NCBI GenBank assembly: GCA_963693365.1 | Contig: CAVNZM010000008.1 | Location: 8,188,818 to 8,252,817 of the forward strand | Direction of reading: 5' to 3' | DNA length: 64,000 nt | Source: Amoebidium appalachense | Lineage: Eukaryota; Protista; Ichthyosporea | Shown: piece after piece, positions 21,928-55,451 of the stretch | How the letters are laid out: the number at the start of each line of letters is the position of its first letter | How positions within the stretch are numbered: the stretch's first letter is position 1 | The notes under the pieces: generated by a model | Databases searched by the model: none | The model's input: the letters and a program-made list of their open reading frames with translations, nothing else | What the model was told of the DNA's origin: nothing | Program-made: the position numbers and the translations under genes

Positions 21928-22682
21928 GTATAGACCTACCTCATACGAAACTACCTCTTCCACACAAGTCAATAATACGAACTTCCCCCTCTTTTTACCT
22001 ATATAGTAAACGAAACTTTTTGCCAATCAAATGTGTGCATTTATTATAAGATCAGATCATGAGATCAGCCCTGGGAAACTTTGCCCCGATGAGCCAGCAA
22101 AAGCCAAAAAAGGCTAATCCGGATGTGTGGGCCCGGCTGCTATCGCTGCAGTCACTCGGTGTGCGCTGGCACGTTTACAACTTGCCAAAAAAAAAAATTG
22201 TACCCCGGGCCTTTGATATTTATGTAGTCACTTTGTATGCCACACGTATACTGACCGGTATATATACCAGCCGGCGTTAGTCAGGCTAAAATATATTTTC
22301 GGTAGGATCGAATGGAACAGCTGAACTCTTTCAGTTTGAAGGGGGGGGGGGGGGGGGAGAGGAGTAAATATCAACTTCCCCCCTGGTGGTACCCCTCCCT
22401 CCCCCCCCCCCCCGGAGGGGGGAGGGACCCACCTAGCCGGGGGGGATGGTCTCCCCCCCCCCCCCTCCCCCTACCCCCCGGCATGCGCGTGATTATGGCC
22501 GGCCTCTTTCCCACCCACCAAAGGTTGTATTCGTCACTTTTTTTCTTTCCTTCTCTTTCGGAGGAATTGCCTCCGTTTTGGCCACTGATGCATATCCCAA
22601 GCCCCCCCCCTCCCCCTTCCCCCCCCCCCCCTCCCCCCCCACACACACACACATTCACGCACACACACACACAAACACACGC

Positions 22683-22725
<43 letters not shown>

Positions 22726-22796
22726 CGCGCACAAACACCCACACACACGTCCGTGCGCGCCCATACGCACACACGCACACACACACACACACACAT

Positions 22797-22845
<49 letters not shown>

Positions 22846-23049
22846 CCCACCCGTTCGTGCCGGTGCTCTTCTTCTGCCGGATGCATTACTTAATCCCCTC
22901 TCCCTCTCTCCCCCTCCCCCTCTCCCCCCTGCCCCTCCCGTCCCACTCATCACCCCCCCCCCCCCTGCCCCCCCCTCCCTCACGCTGCTCATTTACACAA
23001 GTACATGCATGTACACACGCGCACGCACACACGCACACCTACACCCCCC

Positions 23050-23080
<31 letters not shown>

Positions 23081-23425
23081 ACACACGTACACACACATGC
23101 AACGGTCAACTATTTCTACGTTATTATGAATTATTGTGGGCAAGGTTATCATGCTCACTGTGCGGTGTTGGTGTGTTGCAGGGAATGTATGTGTGTGTGT
23201 GGTGTGGGTGAATGCATCTGCATGTTCATGTGTATGTCGGGTGCTCCTTGCTCAGTCAAAATTTTTGCACCTCGTGTGCGTGAGTGGTACGTGCGTGTGC
23301 AGGTACGTGTTCATTAAATACGTGTGAAAGTGTGCGCGTGTGTGTGCGCGCGCGGTGTGGTAACTGGAGACGAGTGGGAAAGGGGGGGGGGGGGGGAGGG
23401 GGGGGAAAGGGACCTAGGGGGGAGT

Positions 23426-23459
<34 letters not shown>

Positions 23460-23523
23460 AGGGGCGCCGAGGGGACCGGGAAGGAGGGGGAGCAGACTCC
23501 CGAGCATATCACCATACGGCATA

Positions 23524-23690
23524 TAGCCTGAGTTTCAGGTGATCAAGGACTTCTATTAGTGAGCCTCGATGTTTGTGTTTTGGCATTGACAATGTAATAC
23601 TATGTAAACCGCAGTGATAATAGTACTAATATATTATCAGGTTATCTGATATAAATAGTCAAATGATGGCAGCTTACGGGGGGTGGGTGG

Positions 23691-23724
<34 letters not shown>

Positions 23725-24811
23725 CCCCGGGGACCCACCCTTCTCAGGTGGGTGGTGGCCCCCCCCCCTCCCCCTGCTGGCCGGAGGGGTGGGTGGGTCC
23801 CCCCCCCCTCCCCCCCCCCCCTTCCCCCCCCCCCCAAAGTTACTACCCCCCTCCCCGTTTCAAGTTCAAGAATCCCTTGCATGGGCGCAACCAGAATCAT
23901 TGCCAGTCACGTGGGCGAGCGAGCATAGTGCCCAATACTACATGTGCCACTTGAACAATACTGCAGCGTGGCATCATTATGGACGGGTTTGTTGCACTGT
24001 GGCATCATGATCATGCGGCGCGCACGCACATGTACATGCATGGACATACATCAGGTGTACAGTCATCATATTGGTTGTGCACATACACGTGCACACGTCT
24101 GCCTGCGCGATGCATATGGCACATATACAGGTGCCGGCGGCGAAATACTGCAGTTAGCAATTCTTTGGACTGGATGTTATTAGACAGTCATCATTATTAT
24201 TAGTATGCACACAGTATCTGCAGCCTGGCATACTTCTTTATTATAATTTAACAGATACAATACCATGATCAGCAGGTCTGCTGAATACCTACGTATACTA
24301 TCTACTATGTTGTCGGTACTCTTTTGGTCTCACGTCGTGGATGTTAGAAAAGTGTATAAAACAACCAAATTTAGTAGGAATATATGAACGGAATCGACTT
24401 CGCTGTGGTCCTGCAGCCGCGCAGGCCTGTGTTATGTGGTATAGTAATCAGACAGCACTGAGGGTGTGTTCTTGATTCTGATCATGAACCCCGGGGTTGG
24501 GGGGACTCCAGTTGTAGTTTTTATCTCCCCCCCACTCCCCCACCCCCCCTCCCCTCCCCTTTGAACAGGTGGTATGTTGGGTCCCCCTCCCCCTCAGCCC
24601 CCCCCCCCCCCCCCCTTCCCCCTCCTCCCAGGGCCCCACCCCCAGGCCACCATGCATATGACTATATTTTCAATTAGATAACCCGGTGATCATATAACAG
24701 TAGTGCTATGATTTAGCAGTGGTAACCGTTAACATCATAGTATATTCCAAAAACCGCCGCATTGGAGCCTAATGCTCGGACAGGAACTTTGATCACCTGA
24801 AACTCAGGCGT
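23524..24811. mobile_element. Non-autonomous TIR element; the TAGCCTG terminus resembles Academ-like elements
   Basis: GCCTGAGTTTCAGGTGATCAA (23526-23546) is inverted at 24789-24809. Similar AGTCAGGCTA ends occur at about 22288 and 25324. No clean TSD; the superfamily is inferred. Confidence 0.55.
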
Positions 24812-25517
24812 GGCACCATACAGTCACAAGAGAGCAGCCCCCCCCCCCCCTCCCTTCCCTCCCTCCCTCCCCGGGGTCCCCTCACTCCCTTCGCAGGCTT
24901 GGGAGGGACTCGCAACCAGTCTCCCCATGGCCATCGCGCGTACACACACAAACACATACTTTCACCGGATTTAATACCCAGGCGGGGGGCAGGGGGTGGG
25001 GGGTGGGGGGTGGGGGGGACGGTGCTGCTGATGGGAGGGGGAGGAGGGGGGGGGGGGGGGGGGGAGGGGGAATAGTTACCAGTACCACCCCTCAAAGAAG
25101 GGGGGGGGGGGGGGGGGGGGGGGAGGGGGGGACGTCGAGAATTACTACTCCCCCCCCCCCCCCCCTCCCCCCTCGCCCCTCCATCGTGGCACATTTCAAA
25201 TTTAAAAATCCCATGGCATGTATTCCAGCATCGGGCCGCGGTACCCCATCTAATTGGAAAACGTGAACACACAAGCCTGGCTGGAAGCTTGCTGCGTTAT
25301 TAGTATTTCATAGAAGTCAGGCTACCCTTGCACAGTCGTTGGATATCCGGCGAAGCTATCTCAGCGACTATCTCGTTGTGTCTATGGCAACTGTATTCTA
25401 TATCCAATCTTAGCCCTGTCTGATGCCCCGATCGCAATAAAATCCATTATAAAAAATAAAAAAATCCTGCGATCACTCAACCCAGATCGAAACAAAATCC
25501 ATTATAAAATTTTTTTT

Positions 25518-29448
<3,931 letters not shown>

Positions 29449-29780
29449 TTTCGAGCAATCACTCCCGCGAAGTCTTCACGACCAGCACACACGAATGAGC
29501 GCCGTTCTTAGCACCTTGGGTCCTTTTATGTTTCACGTTTTGTGCCCTCTTCCTCTCAGTAAAGCATGAATGATTGGGTGTTTACCGACGCAGGGCAGCC
29601 CCACCAATGGATAGGCCTGACCACTGTGCCCGCCGCAACCGAGAGCTCACTGAGCAGCATGGAAACCATAGAGACATTCCTTTGCAGATCCAAAGATCCA
29701 TCCCCCCCCCCCCTCCACCATGGCACACACAAAAACACACACTCACACGCACACACAGACAGACACACACACACACGTGA

Positions 29781-29939
<159 letters not shown>

Positions 29940-31766
29940 CTGAAGGGAAACACAGCTAACGCAAAAAAAAAAAAAAAAAAAACTTCGAAACTGCAATAGC
30001 CTTAACAAGTTCGAAGGAAAAGCTTAACAGAAAGGAGAAGAGAAAAATGTCAACAATTTTCAAATGTAACACTGCATGCGGTACCGTGACCGTGTACAAG
30101 CACCGGGGCACCGTGGCGCATCGGGCGCATACCCGCGCCATGAATAAGTTGATGCATGTTTCCGATCGCGAATGATCCGGAGCTTGGCACGGGTGGGATC
30201 CGGAGAAGGACTATTCAAATGATATTACGCACATGACTCCGGTTCAAGGCCAGTTGTTCTGATTAACTTCCATAATATACATTACTAATTAGTGCCCTGG
30301 GTGCTTTGAATGCTTTGAGTTTGGTGCGACGGGGGGGCCGTGAGTGTGACGCGACCCTGTGACTCCAGTCCGCAAAGATCTTAACAGAGATCGTAGCTAT
30401 CGATAGGACAATTAATATCCAATCCCATTTGTAGATCTACAGCTGTGTGGATCTACCCGGACTGGATCCAGTGCAGCGGGCTACACTGTCTGGCCAGGCT
30501 GTGCAAAGTGCGTCGGTGAGCTGCGTCGGTGACGAAAAGAAAAGGAAAAGAAAACATAGTCTGTATACAGCCCCTCCGAATAGCACTACTAGGAGGCCTT
30601 GATGCAGCCTGGTAAAAAATCGTGCGCGCGTGTGTGCACCGTACGTATGATCGATCATGGCGCTGCCACGCGAGCGTTTGCAATTGTATGCCCGCGCCCG
30701 TGTGTGTGTGTGTGCGTGTGCGTGTGCGTGTGCGTGTGCGTGTGCGTGTGTGTTTGTGTCATGATGTCTGTGTGTTTGTGTGTGCCGGTGTGCGTGCGCG
30801 TGCTTTTGATGTGCCCCGGCCCGGCCCGGGGCCGTGAGTCAGACACTGCGGCAGTGCTTGTCGTACATCCGGTTTCACCACCAATCGTTGTTGTTTCACA
30901 CGAACCATACGAATATGGTTTACCCCTTCTCGCCGCTTGGATCAAGAAAGAGAGAACTAGAGCGCGTAAACCCTTGGCAAATTTCCCTGAAGCAGAAGTT
31001 GCCTCCTTTCTATCTAACAACTGTTGCAAACCTGGGCCTGTAACGCTCTCGATATATGGTCTGGTCCCAATAGCTGCTAGAGTATCCCATCTCGCGCTGA
31101 AATTCAATAAGCACATAAGCCGCCTTAAAGAAGTATTTGCCCTCCCACCCTCTCTTCTCTGTCCGACCTGTCCCCTCCTCACCTCTCCCCTCTTTCCTTC
31201 CCTCTCTCTCTCCTTCTCCCCCGGGCACAAATACAAATAAACCCCGCAAAAGTGGGCGTGTGATTTTGGACTGCCACTTACTTATTAGACATGTACATAT
31301 TCACAAAATAATTACGCAATATAACAAATGGAAAAAGATACCACACGACACTAGACCCGATGAAAGCAGACACCTTGAAAAACTAAGCCTTATCTCTCTT
31401 TTTATATATAATATTAATGGCCGCCTTAACCATATTGCCAAGTATACGGCACTCGCAAATGTATAACACCTAAATACATATTACCTTCCTGTAGAACTGG
31501 TCTTTCTCTAGCTGATGGCATTATTGATCAATTACCACGCTTTTACTCAGTACACGTGCTATACAGTGGAGATCTAATAAGTATAATAATAAGGTGGCAT
31601 CGTTTGCATGCCCAAACAACACACACACACACCAGTTTAAACGGTCATGTATCGCCAAATGTAGTTTGATAGACCACATAATACCGCAACACACACACGT
31701 CACATTTACAACAGACACCCAGAAAGATAGCCTACCTGAAAATTACAACATCCTTGATTTTATACT

Positions 31767-33889
31767 GGACCTGTGTGATCGGCTCGCCGCCGGGGGCTCG
31801 TTGGCCGTTGGTATGCGGTGAAATTCCTCGTATCAGTTCAACGATCTGTGTGATTAGACCTGGCCGGGCCCATCGCCACCCCGACGAGCCTGTCGGCCAT
31901 AAAATGAGGTGTCGAATGTCGATTTCCATCCCGTCAGGGCTTGTGACGTAGATATACATCGAGTCACCCCAGACACGGAAGCCCCCCAGATCAATAAACA
32001 TCACGATGTAAATGGGGCTTCCGGGACCTGGCGTCCTCAGTCTTTTCCTTGTCCAAAACATATTTCTTGTCAACGAAAGCTGTGACCATCCGTCCCCCAT
32101 CCGACTTTCATCCGTGTTCAAATTCATGTTCCCATCACATTTCGATGTCGCATGGTAGCAGAAAAGGAAGGTCTCCCTCGGGGGTAACCAGGTAAACACG
32201 CTTCCACACGCGCGCTCTGCTAGCATGGTACGATAGCTCATTTTTACGGACATCCGGATGGTCACAGCAGTCCACGGATAACTACGGATACACGAGGATG
32301 CATTTGCTTACTTATTCGGACGTCGCCCCGCAATGAGGCCTTTTTTTTTTTGGAACAGCCATATCATTTTTTATATTGTAGCACACACAACCCGGTTTTC
32401 GCACCAGCCCATTTCTCAATGAGCACATCATCTTTTCCCATTCTCCACACACGACCACACAGTGATCGGCAAGTTTTGGTCCTGATACTTTGTGCGTATA
32501 AGCAAAGCACGAGAAGCGCCACCCCCGTGTGCTGCTAATCCCGCATAATGGGTGCCGGCCAGACACTAAGCCCAGCACACGTTTGCCGGAGGGTGTGAGT
32601 CTCGGACTTTGCTTATGCCCACACGGTGGTTAAGATCACTACCTGACGATCACTAGAGTCGTGTGTTTTCCTTCAGTCTGAACAGCGAACAGCCGTCGTT
32701 TGCGCAAACTACGTGTATATACCCAATCACGATATATTTCAACATGTACATCCGGAAGATCTATGTCTGCTTCTCGCTCTTGCTCGCCTCTGCTTACATG
32801 TTTTGTTTTTATGTTTTGTACCCACGTGAGGTCATCCTCAGAGGCACTGCAGCCCGCCCACGTGTGGTTAGTAGGTGATGGCTTGGAGGTTTGCCTGTCC
32901 CTGACATATACACTGTGACGCCCCCCCCTACCCCTAGTATGCATCCACATGCTTATATGTTTGCATCCACGTACTAGCCTTATCCATGTGTGAGGACACA
33001 CACTATCCTTCTCTTGTGCGCTTAACATGTGACGTAGATATACATCGAGTCACCCCAGACACGGAAGCCCCCCAGATCAATAAACATCACGATGTAAATG
33101 GGGCTTCCGGGACCTAACGTCCTCAGTCTTTTCCTTGTCCAAAACATATTTCTTGTCAACGAAAGCTGTGACCATCCGTCCCCCATCCGACTTTCATCCG
33201 TGTTCAAATTCATGTTCCCATCACATTTCGATGTCGCAGGCTCGTCGCCAGTTAACGCTGATTGGCTAAAAGCTTTGGCGCGCTTAACATTGATTGGCTG
33301 TTTTTGGCGGCAGAGTTCACGCAGCCTTCATAAAGCAGCGACGCTGGCGGTTGAGGTCAGTTTGCATCGCCCGTTTTTCCAAATAACACGACACCGCAAA
33401 CATGAGTCAGCCTCAGTACACTGCACCCCAGCTTCGTGCCATTACCCGTCAAAAACCACAGTCCCACCAAACTCTTCAGACACCCAAGCTGCCCTAGCTA
33501 TGGAAACCAAGGCCTGAGAGTTCTGTAAAGCCATGTTATAGCCGGCATTTACCAGAGCCGTAACAAACCCTTCCAACAACAGCAAACATGATTGAGCAGC
33601 TGATGTTATAAACAGCATGTACAGCTTTACAAGCTCTTCTTCTGAGGGTGGCCACATTTTCTACTAATTTCTCGCCCACTTCGAAAGATACTGAGAAAAA
33701 AACTGAAAAAACTGAGACAAAAGAAAAGCTGAAAATAGAAAAAACGTTCCCGAAAATGTGGCAGGCCCGGCTGGGTCGCCGAGCTTGACCGGCCCGTGGC
33801 TCACGCATCTGTCCTGCCGACAGGCTGGGCGGAGGCGCCGCCGGGCCCATCGACATCTGGCCCGGGCAGCGGGCTGATCACACAGGTCC
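31767..33889. mobile_element. 2.1-kb non-autonomous DNA transposon with GGACCTGTGTGATC TIRs and a 3-bp TSD (ACT)
   Basis: The TIR is perfect for 14 bp and imperfect to about 29 bp. The empty site TTTTATACTAAACAC is present in A2, A4 and A5. Internal direct repeat of about 209 bp (31943-32151 / 33029-33237). Confidence 0.88.
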
Positions 33890-33996
33890 ACTAAACACGC
33901 GTAACTACGTGACCTGTTTATTAGATGTATTGATTGGCTTGAGAAACACATCACTAGAAAATCCTAGCGCACGCACGCACACGCACACGCACACGC

Positions 33997-34098
<102 letters not shown>

Positions 34099-34132
34099 AC
34101 ACAACCAGCTGATACCGAGTGTCCCAGGGGAG

Positions 34133-34194
<62 letters not shown>

Positions 34195-34259
34195 AAAGAA
34201 AAAAAACAAAACAAAAAAAACAAAAACAAAAAAAACGGGGAACCCCAACTAATTGATTT

Positions 34260-36330
34260 ATGTCGCGTTTTACCTCTTTCCCTACGGGTGTCTGCTACAC
34301 TAGCTGGCAATGTGAACACTTTAGACTTTTTGTTGAATTCTTGTTGGTCGTCACACTGAGTCTTTATATGATTTTCGTAAGAAGGTATCGCAGGGGGTCA
34401 TTAACGACTTTCGTCCCGTCACACTTACCAATGTTTTTCGTCGGCTCTTCGAGGGTTGCATGCTTCGCGCGTTTAACACCGACGATTCTTTAAACGCCGT
34501 GTTCCGTCTTTCTTCCCTTCAAGGGGGCTTTCGTCATGCCTATTCGTGTTATACTCACAGTCTGTTACTCCATGAATCCATTACTTCTGGCTCTCCACAC
34601 GTTGTCTTCATCGACCTTAAGAACGCCTACGACACCGTACCCACTGGTTTGTTATGGCATAAGCTGGCTATGCGGGGCTTACCAGCCCCCTTTGGCCGTC
34701 TTCTGCAAGCGGTGTTCGATACCACTCGCGGACGAGCGGCGGTCAATGGAACATTAACACCCGGTTTTTCCCGTTCCCGGGGTCTTCTTCAGGGGTCCCT
34801 CCTGAGTCCGTTGTTGTTTGACGTTTTCATTGACGATTTAGCCTGCGCCCTCGAACCCTTTGGCCAACTGCATACCCGCCGTGTACCGGGTCTCCTTTTT
34901 GCGGACGATATTGTTCTTTGTTCCTTAACCGAAGATGTCATGCACCAGATGCTTCGTCAGGTGGATCAATGGTGCACCGAGAATCTCATGTCAGTCGGAA
35001 TTGCAAAGTGTGCTACTTTTTCGAAGAACACTTCCTTTCGATTGGCCGGCCTTCCTATTCCTGTTCAGAGCACCTATGACTATTTGGGTATTCCTTTTAC
35101 TGCACGGGGTATTGATTTCCGCAAGCTCCTCACGGCACGGATCACTCGTGCGAAGGGTAAGCTTCACATCGTGTCAAATATGTTTCAACAGGAGTCTGTG
35201 ATCCATCCTGCGAACCTTCTTCTCTACTATAAAACTTTTTTACGGCCGACTTTCGAATATGGGCTTCCGCTATTGGCCTGCGCCCCACCTCGCGAGGCGG
35301 CAATGGCGCTGAAAGAGTTCGACGATTTTCAGGGTACTGCGCTACGCACTTTGTTTCGTACTCGGTTTGTGCCTCCCTTAATCAGTATGTTTGGATTGTC
35401 GTCTGCTGTTTGTCGTATGGAGGAATTGTCTCTTCGTTTTTGTTTTCATTTAGTTAGGCTACCTGATGGTCACCCTGAGGCTCTTTATGCTTTCTTTCCC
35501 CCCCCTCCCTCCATCCCTCTTCCCCCCCGATTCACCAACGCTACTTCTGAATGTCCTCAGCCTACCCTCTTTCCACCTGATTCTTCCTCTCGCTATCTCA
35601 CTCCCTCTTTCTTTTCTCTTCCTGTTTTTTCTGCCTTTTCGCATTATTACCATACGCAGTATAAGTTTCTTTCTCGTTCTGATAGAGAAATCAAAGGTAA
35701 AACTCAGTCGGCATGTGTTATGTTCCTTAGGAAACACCGTACTGATCATTATCGCTTTTTGGGAGCTTTGGCAGGATACATTTCTCCTGCTGTACGTATG
35801 GATACCACCCTAGTAGATAAGTCTGTATGGTGCTCTGATGTTGATATTGCCTGGGAAGTTGTGCAGTGGCGCTGTAATTCTTGTTTTCATCGCCGCTGGT
35901 GCCACTTTTGTGCTGACCTTTTTAATCGCAAGCATGTTGATAGGTGTGAATTTTTATGTCGCGTTTTACCTCTTTCCCTCCGGGTATCTGCTACACTAGC
36001 TGGCAATGTGAACACTTTAGACTTTTTGTTGAATTCTGTTGGTCGTCACATTGAGTATTTATATGATTTTCACACAGTGTTCAGGTATCTCAGTATGCAC
36101 TTGTTACTGGATAACTCGTGAAGTTTTTATTGTCTTCTCCGTATGCCGTGCATACTTGCATATCTTTCCGTTGAATAAATCCAGTCAAAAGAAAGAATTT
36201 TCACACAGTGTTCAGGTATCTCAGTATGCACTTGTTACTGGATAACTCGTGAAGTTTTTATTGTCTTCTCAGTCTGCCGTGCATACTTGCATATCTTTCC
36301 GTCGAATAAATCCAGTCAAAAGAGGAAATT
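34260..36330 (+). mobile_element. Non-LTR retrotransposon family B, 5'-truncated, nested in the 3'UTR of A3
   Basis: Interrupts the A sequence between CTAATTGATTT and ..TAGTCTTTATGG. An extra 3'-derived fragment sits at the 5' end (34260-34377 matches about 35955-36071). The 3' end is tandemly duplicated (about 36067-36197 / 36198-36330). Confidence 0.88.
34377..36121 (+). CDS. LINE-type reverse transcriptase with a C-terminal CCHC knuckle (N-terminus/endonuclease missing)
   Basis: Open frame: DFRPVTLTNVFRRLFE, QGGFR, FIDLKNAYDTV, GLLQGSLLSPLLFDVFIDDL, LLFADDIVL, YDYLGIPF, RPTFEYGL, CHFC-x7-H-x3-C, NTLDFLLN. Confidence 0.92.
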
Positions 36331-36824
36331 TTTTCTTCTTCTTAGTCTTTATGGTGTCTCGTAGAGAAAGTAAACCCTGATATATAGTCATCACCCGACA
36401 TCTACGTACGCGTCATGATATACCGCTGAGGGGATATTCCGAGCAAAAAACCCCCCCCCATACCTGAGACTGGTCTCTCTTTGCCTCGAGTAAACAGCGC
36501 AAACCCCCAACCATACATATATGGGCATGTTGCGTAACAGTCATTCCCGCACCAAGAGGTCGTTGATTGGCTAAAACTGCACCAGCGAATTCCTCCAAAT
36601 GAATGCACGTGCACTGCACACAAGACGTGCACATGTACAGTGCACACCCGTCACACTGTGCGTGATTTCGTAACTGGGTGGGGCCTGTGAGACTCAATTG
36701 GTACAATGCCTTTGAGACTTTTTATATAATAGAACCAAAATTATTTCTTGGCCTTTTTTTGGTAACAGCACCAGAATAACAGCAGTCCTCTTTTCTTGCC
36801 GCTGATCCCTGTAACTGTGCGAAG

Positions 36825-52815
<15,991 letters not shown>

Positions 52816-53032
52816 ATCCAATCTTCTTAGCAGCCCTTTGGTTGTTCTGTTGGATGGACTTGCTGGCTTCTGCTTTCGAAGTTATCACCTTTTTTTGCAA
52901 ATTTCCGTGTTGTCTCCGCCTCCCTTTCTCTCTTCAGACTCTTCAACCCAGTCGGGATCTGAGGCATATGGCTGGTTGTTGTCTTTTTCATTTTCTTTTC
53001 TCTCTCTCTCTTTCTTTCCTTCTTCTTTTTTT

Positions 53033-53063
<31 letters not shown>

Positions 53064-53147
53064 GGATTTGTGAAGGAAAGGGGGATCCAAAAGATTTCCT
53101 CTCTCCCCCCTACCCAATGTCCAACCCACCCACCCCGTCCCGCCACA

Positions 53148-53185
<38 letters not shown>

Positions 53186-53281
53186 ACACAGCGTGTCCAC
53201 CCGTGCACACATGTACACAGGCACACACACCCACACCCACCCACCCCACACACACGCACACACGCACGCACCACACGCACA

Positions 53282-53330
<49 letters not shown>

Positions 53331-53339
53331 ATTCACGCG

Positions 53340-53394
<55 letters not shown>

Positions 53395-54158
53395 CACAAA
53401 CATTCGAGTATCCTCCTGTTTCTGCCCCGGCCGCTCTTTCTCTTGTTCTTAAAGACACGTCCCTATCCTTCTGGTAGAACAGTATGAATAGCTAGTTACC
53501 AATTTGCACGTGAAATTCAATCTACTAGTGAGTCGAGCCATTCAAATCCATCATGTCGTCACGTCGGGCCAGGGTAGGATCCGTGCTGACACAAACTCTT
53601 GTTGTCAGTTTACCTCCGAGCATGTTCTTGTATACTACGTAGTAGACCCCGGGATTTTTTGTACTTGCACTAACTAATAAAATCTAATATTCGGGCACGC
53701 ATAAGTCAGAACATATTGCACACAACGATGCCACCACAAGCTATTTATCTAACATGTATGTAGATACCGTAGATGATGTGTACCCTATTAGAATCATCCC
53801 CCCCCCCCCCCCCCCCCCCCCCAACACACACACACACACACACACACATAGTGTACATACATTACACACACATCATGTGACTGTGCAAGCTGAGCTAAAT
53901 ATAGCTCAAGATCAGTGATAAGATGGCTGGGCACTTATTGGCCAATCACAAATTGAACCGTTGTAGGGCTGTGATTGGTTTTGGGTTTCACACTATGGAA
54001 TAGCTGAGTCATAGGCTACCAACTATATTGTACGATGACTACTTTAGAAAAGTAATCAAAACAATGCAAAGAAAAATCAATGCGCTCAAAAAAAAAATAA
54101 AAAAAATCCAACCTTCTTGTTCATTCATTTCTGTTTTTAGCTTTCAATGCTGATAAGT

Positions 54159-55071
54159 TTACCCCTTCTCGCCGCTTGGATCAAGAAAGAGAGAGCTAGG
54201 GCGCTTAAACCCTTGGCAAATTTCCTTGAAGCAGAAGTTGCCTCCTTTCTATCTAACAACTGTTATAAACCTGGGCCTGTAAAGCTCTCGATATATGGTC
54301 TGGTCCCAATAGCTGCTAGAGTATCCTATCTCGCGCTGAAATTCAATAAGCACATAAGTCGCTAGCGCTTAAAGAAGTATTTGCCCTCCCACCCTATCTT
54401 CTCTATCCGACCTGTCCCCTCCTCACCTCTCCCCTCTTTCCTTCCCTCTCTCTCCCGTTCTCCCCTGGGCACAAATACAAATAAACCCCGCAAAAGTGTG
54501 TGTGTGACTTTGGACTGCCACTTACTTATTAAACATGTACACAATCGTCAAGATAATCACGCAATATAACAAATGGAAAAAGATACCACACGACACTAGA
54601 CCCGATGAAAGCATACACCTTGAAAAACTAAGCCTTATGTCTCGTTTTATATATACTGACCGCCTCAACCATATTGCCAAATATGGCACTCGCAAATGTA
54701 TAACACCTAAATACATATTACCTTCCTGTAGAACTGGTCTTTCTCTAGCTGATGGTATTATTGATCAATTACCACGCGTACGCTTTTACTGTACACGTGC
54801 TATACAGTGGAGATCTAATAAGTATAAGGTGGCATCGTTTGCATGCCCAAACAACACACACACACCAGTTTAAACGGTCATGTATCGCCAAATGTAGTTT
54901 GATAGACCACATAATACTGCAACACACACACGTCACGTTCATAACAGACACCCAGAAAGATAGCCTACCTGTAAATTACAACATCCTCGATTTTATACTA
55001 AACACGCGTAACTACGACCTGTTTATTAGATGTATTGATTGGCTTGAGAAACACATCACTACAAAATTCTA

Positions 55072-55145
<74 letters not shown>

Positions 55146-55179
55146 CCAGCTGATACCGAGCGTCCCATGGGAGCCCCCC

Positions 55180-55210
<31 letters not shown>

Positions 55211-55422
55211 AAAAAAAAAAAAAGAAACGGGGAACCCCAACTAATTGATTTCTCTTTGTAGTCTTTATGGTGTCTCGTAGAGAAAGTAAACCCTGATAAA
55301 TAGTCATCACCCGACATCTATGTACGTGATCATGATATACCGCTGAGGGGATATTCCGAGCAAAACCCCCCCCCATACCTGAGACTGGTTTCTCTTTGCC
55401 TCGAGTAAACAGCGTAAACCCC
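54159..55422 (+). mobile_element. Family A copy A4
   Basis: 12-bp TSD ATGCTGATAAGT (54147-54158 / 55423-55434). Ends GCGTAAACCCC; frameshifted ORF remnant. Confidence 0.92.
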
Positions 55423-55451
55423 ATGCTGATAAGTGTGGAGACTGGAGAGAA

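Noticed and set aside
34260-36330. Penelope-like element with pseudo-LTRs
   Set aside because: The RT motifs (D..AYD.V, QG..LSP.LF, FADD) and CCHC are LINE-type, and there is no GIY-YIG domain.
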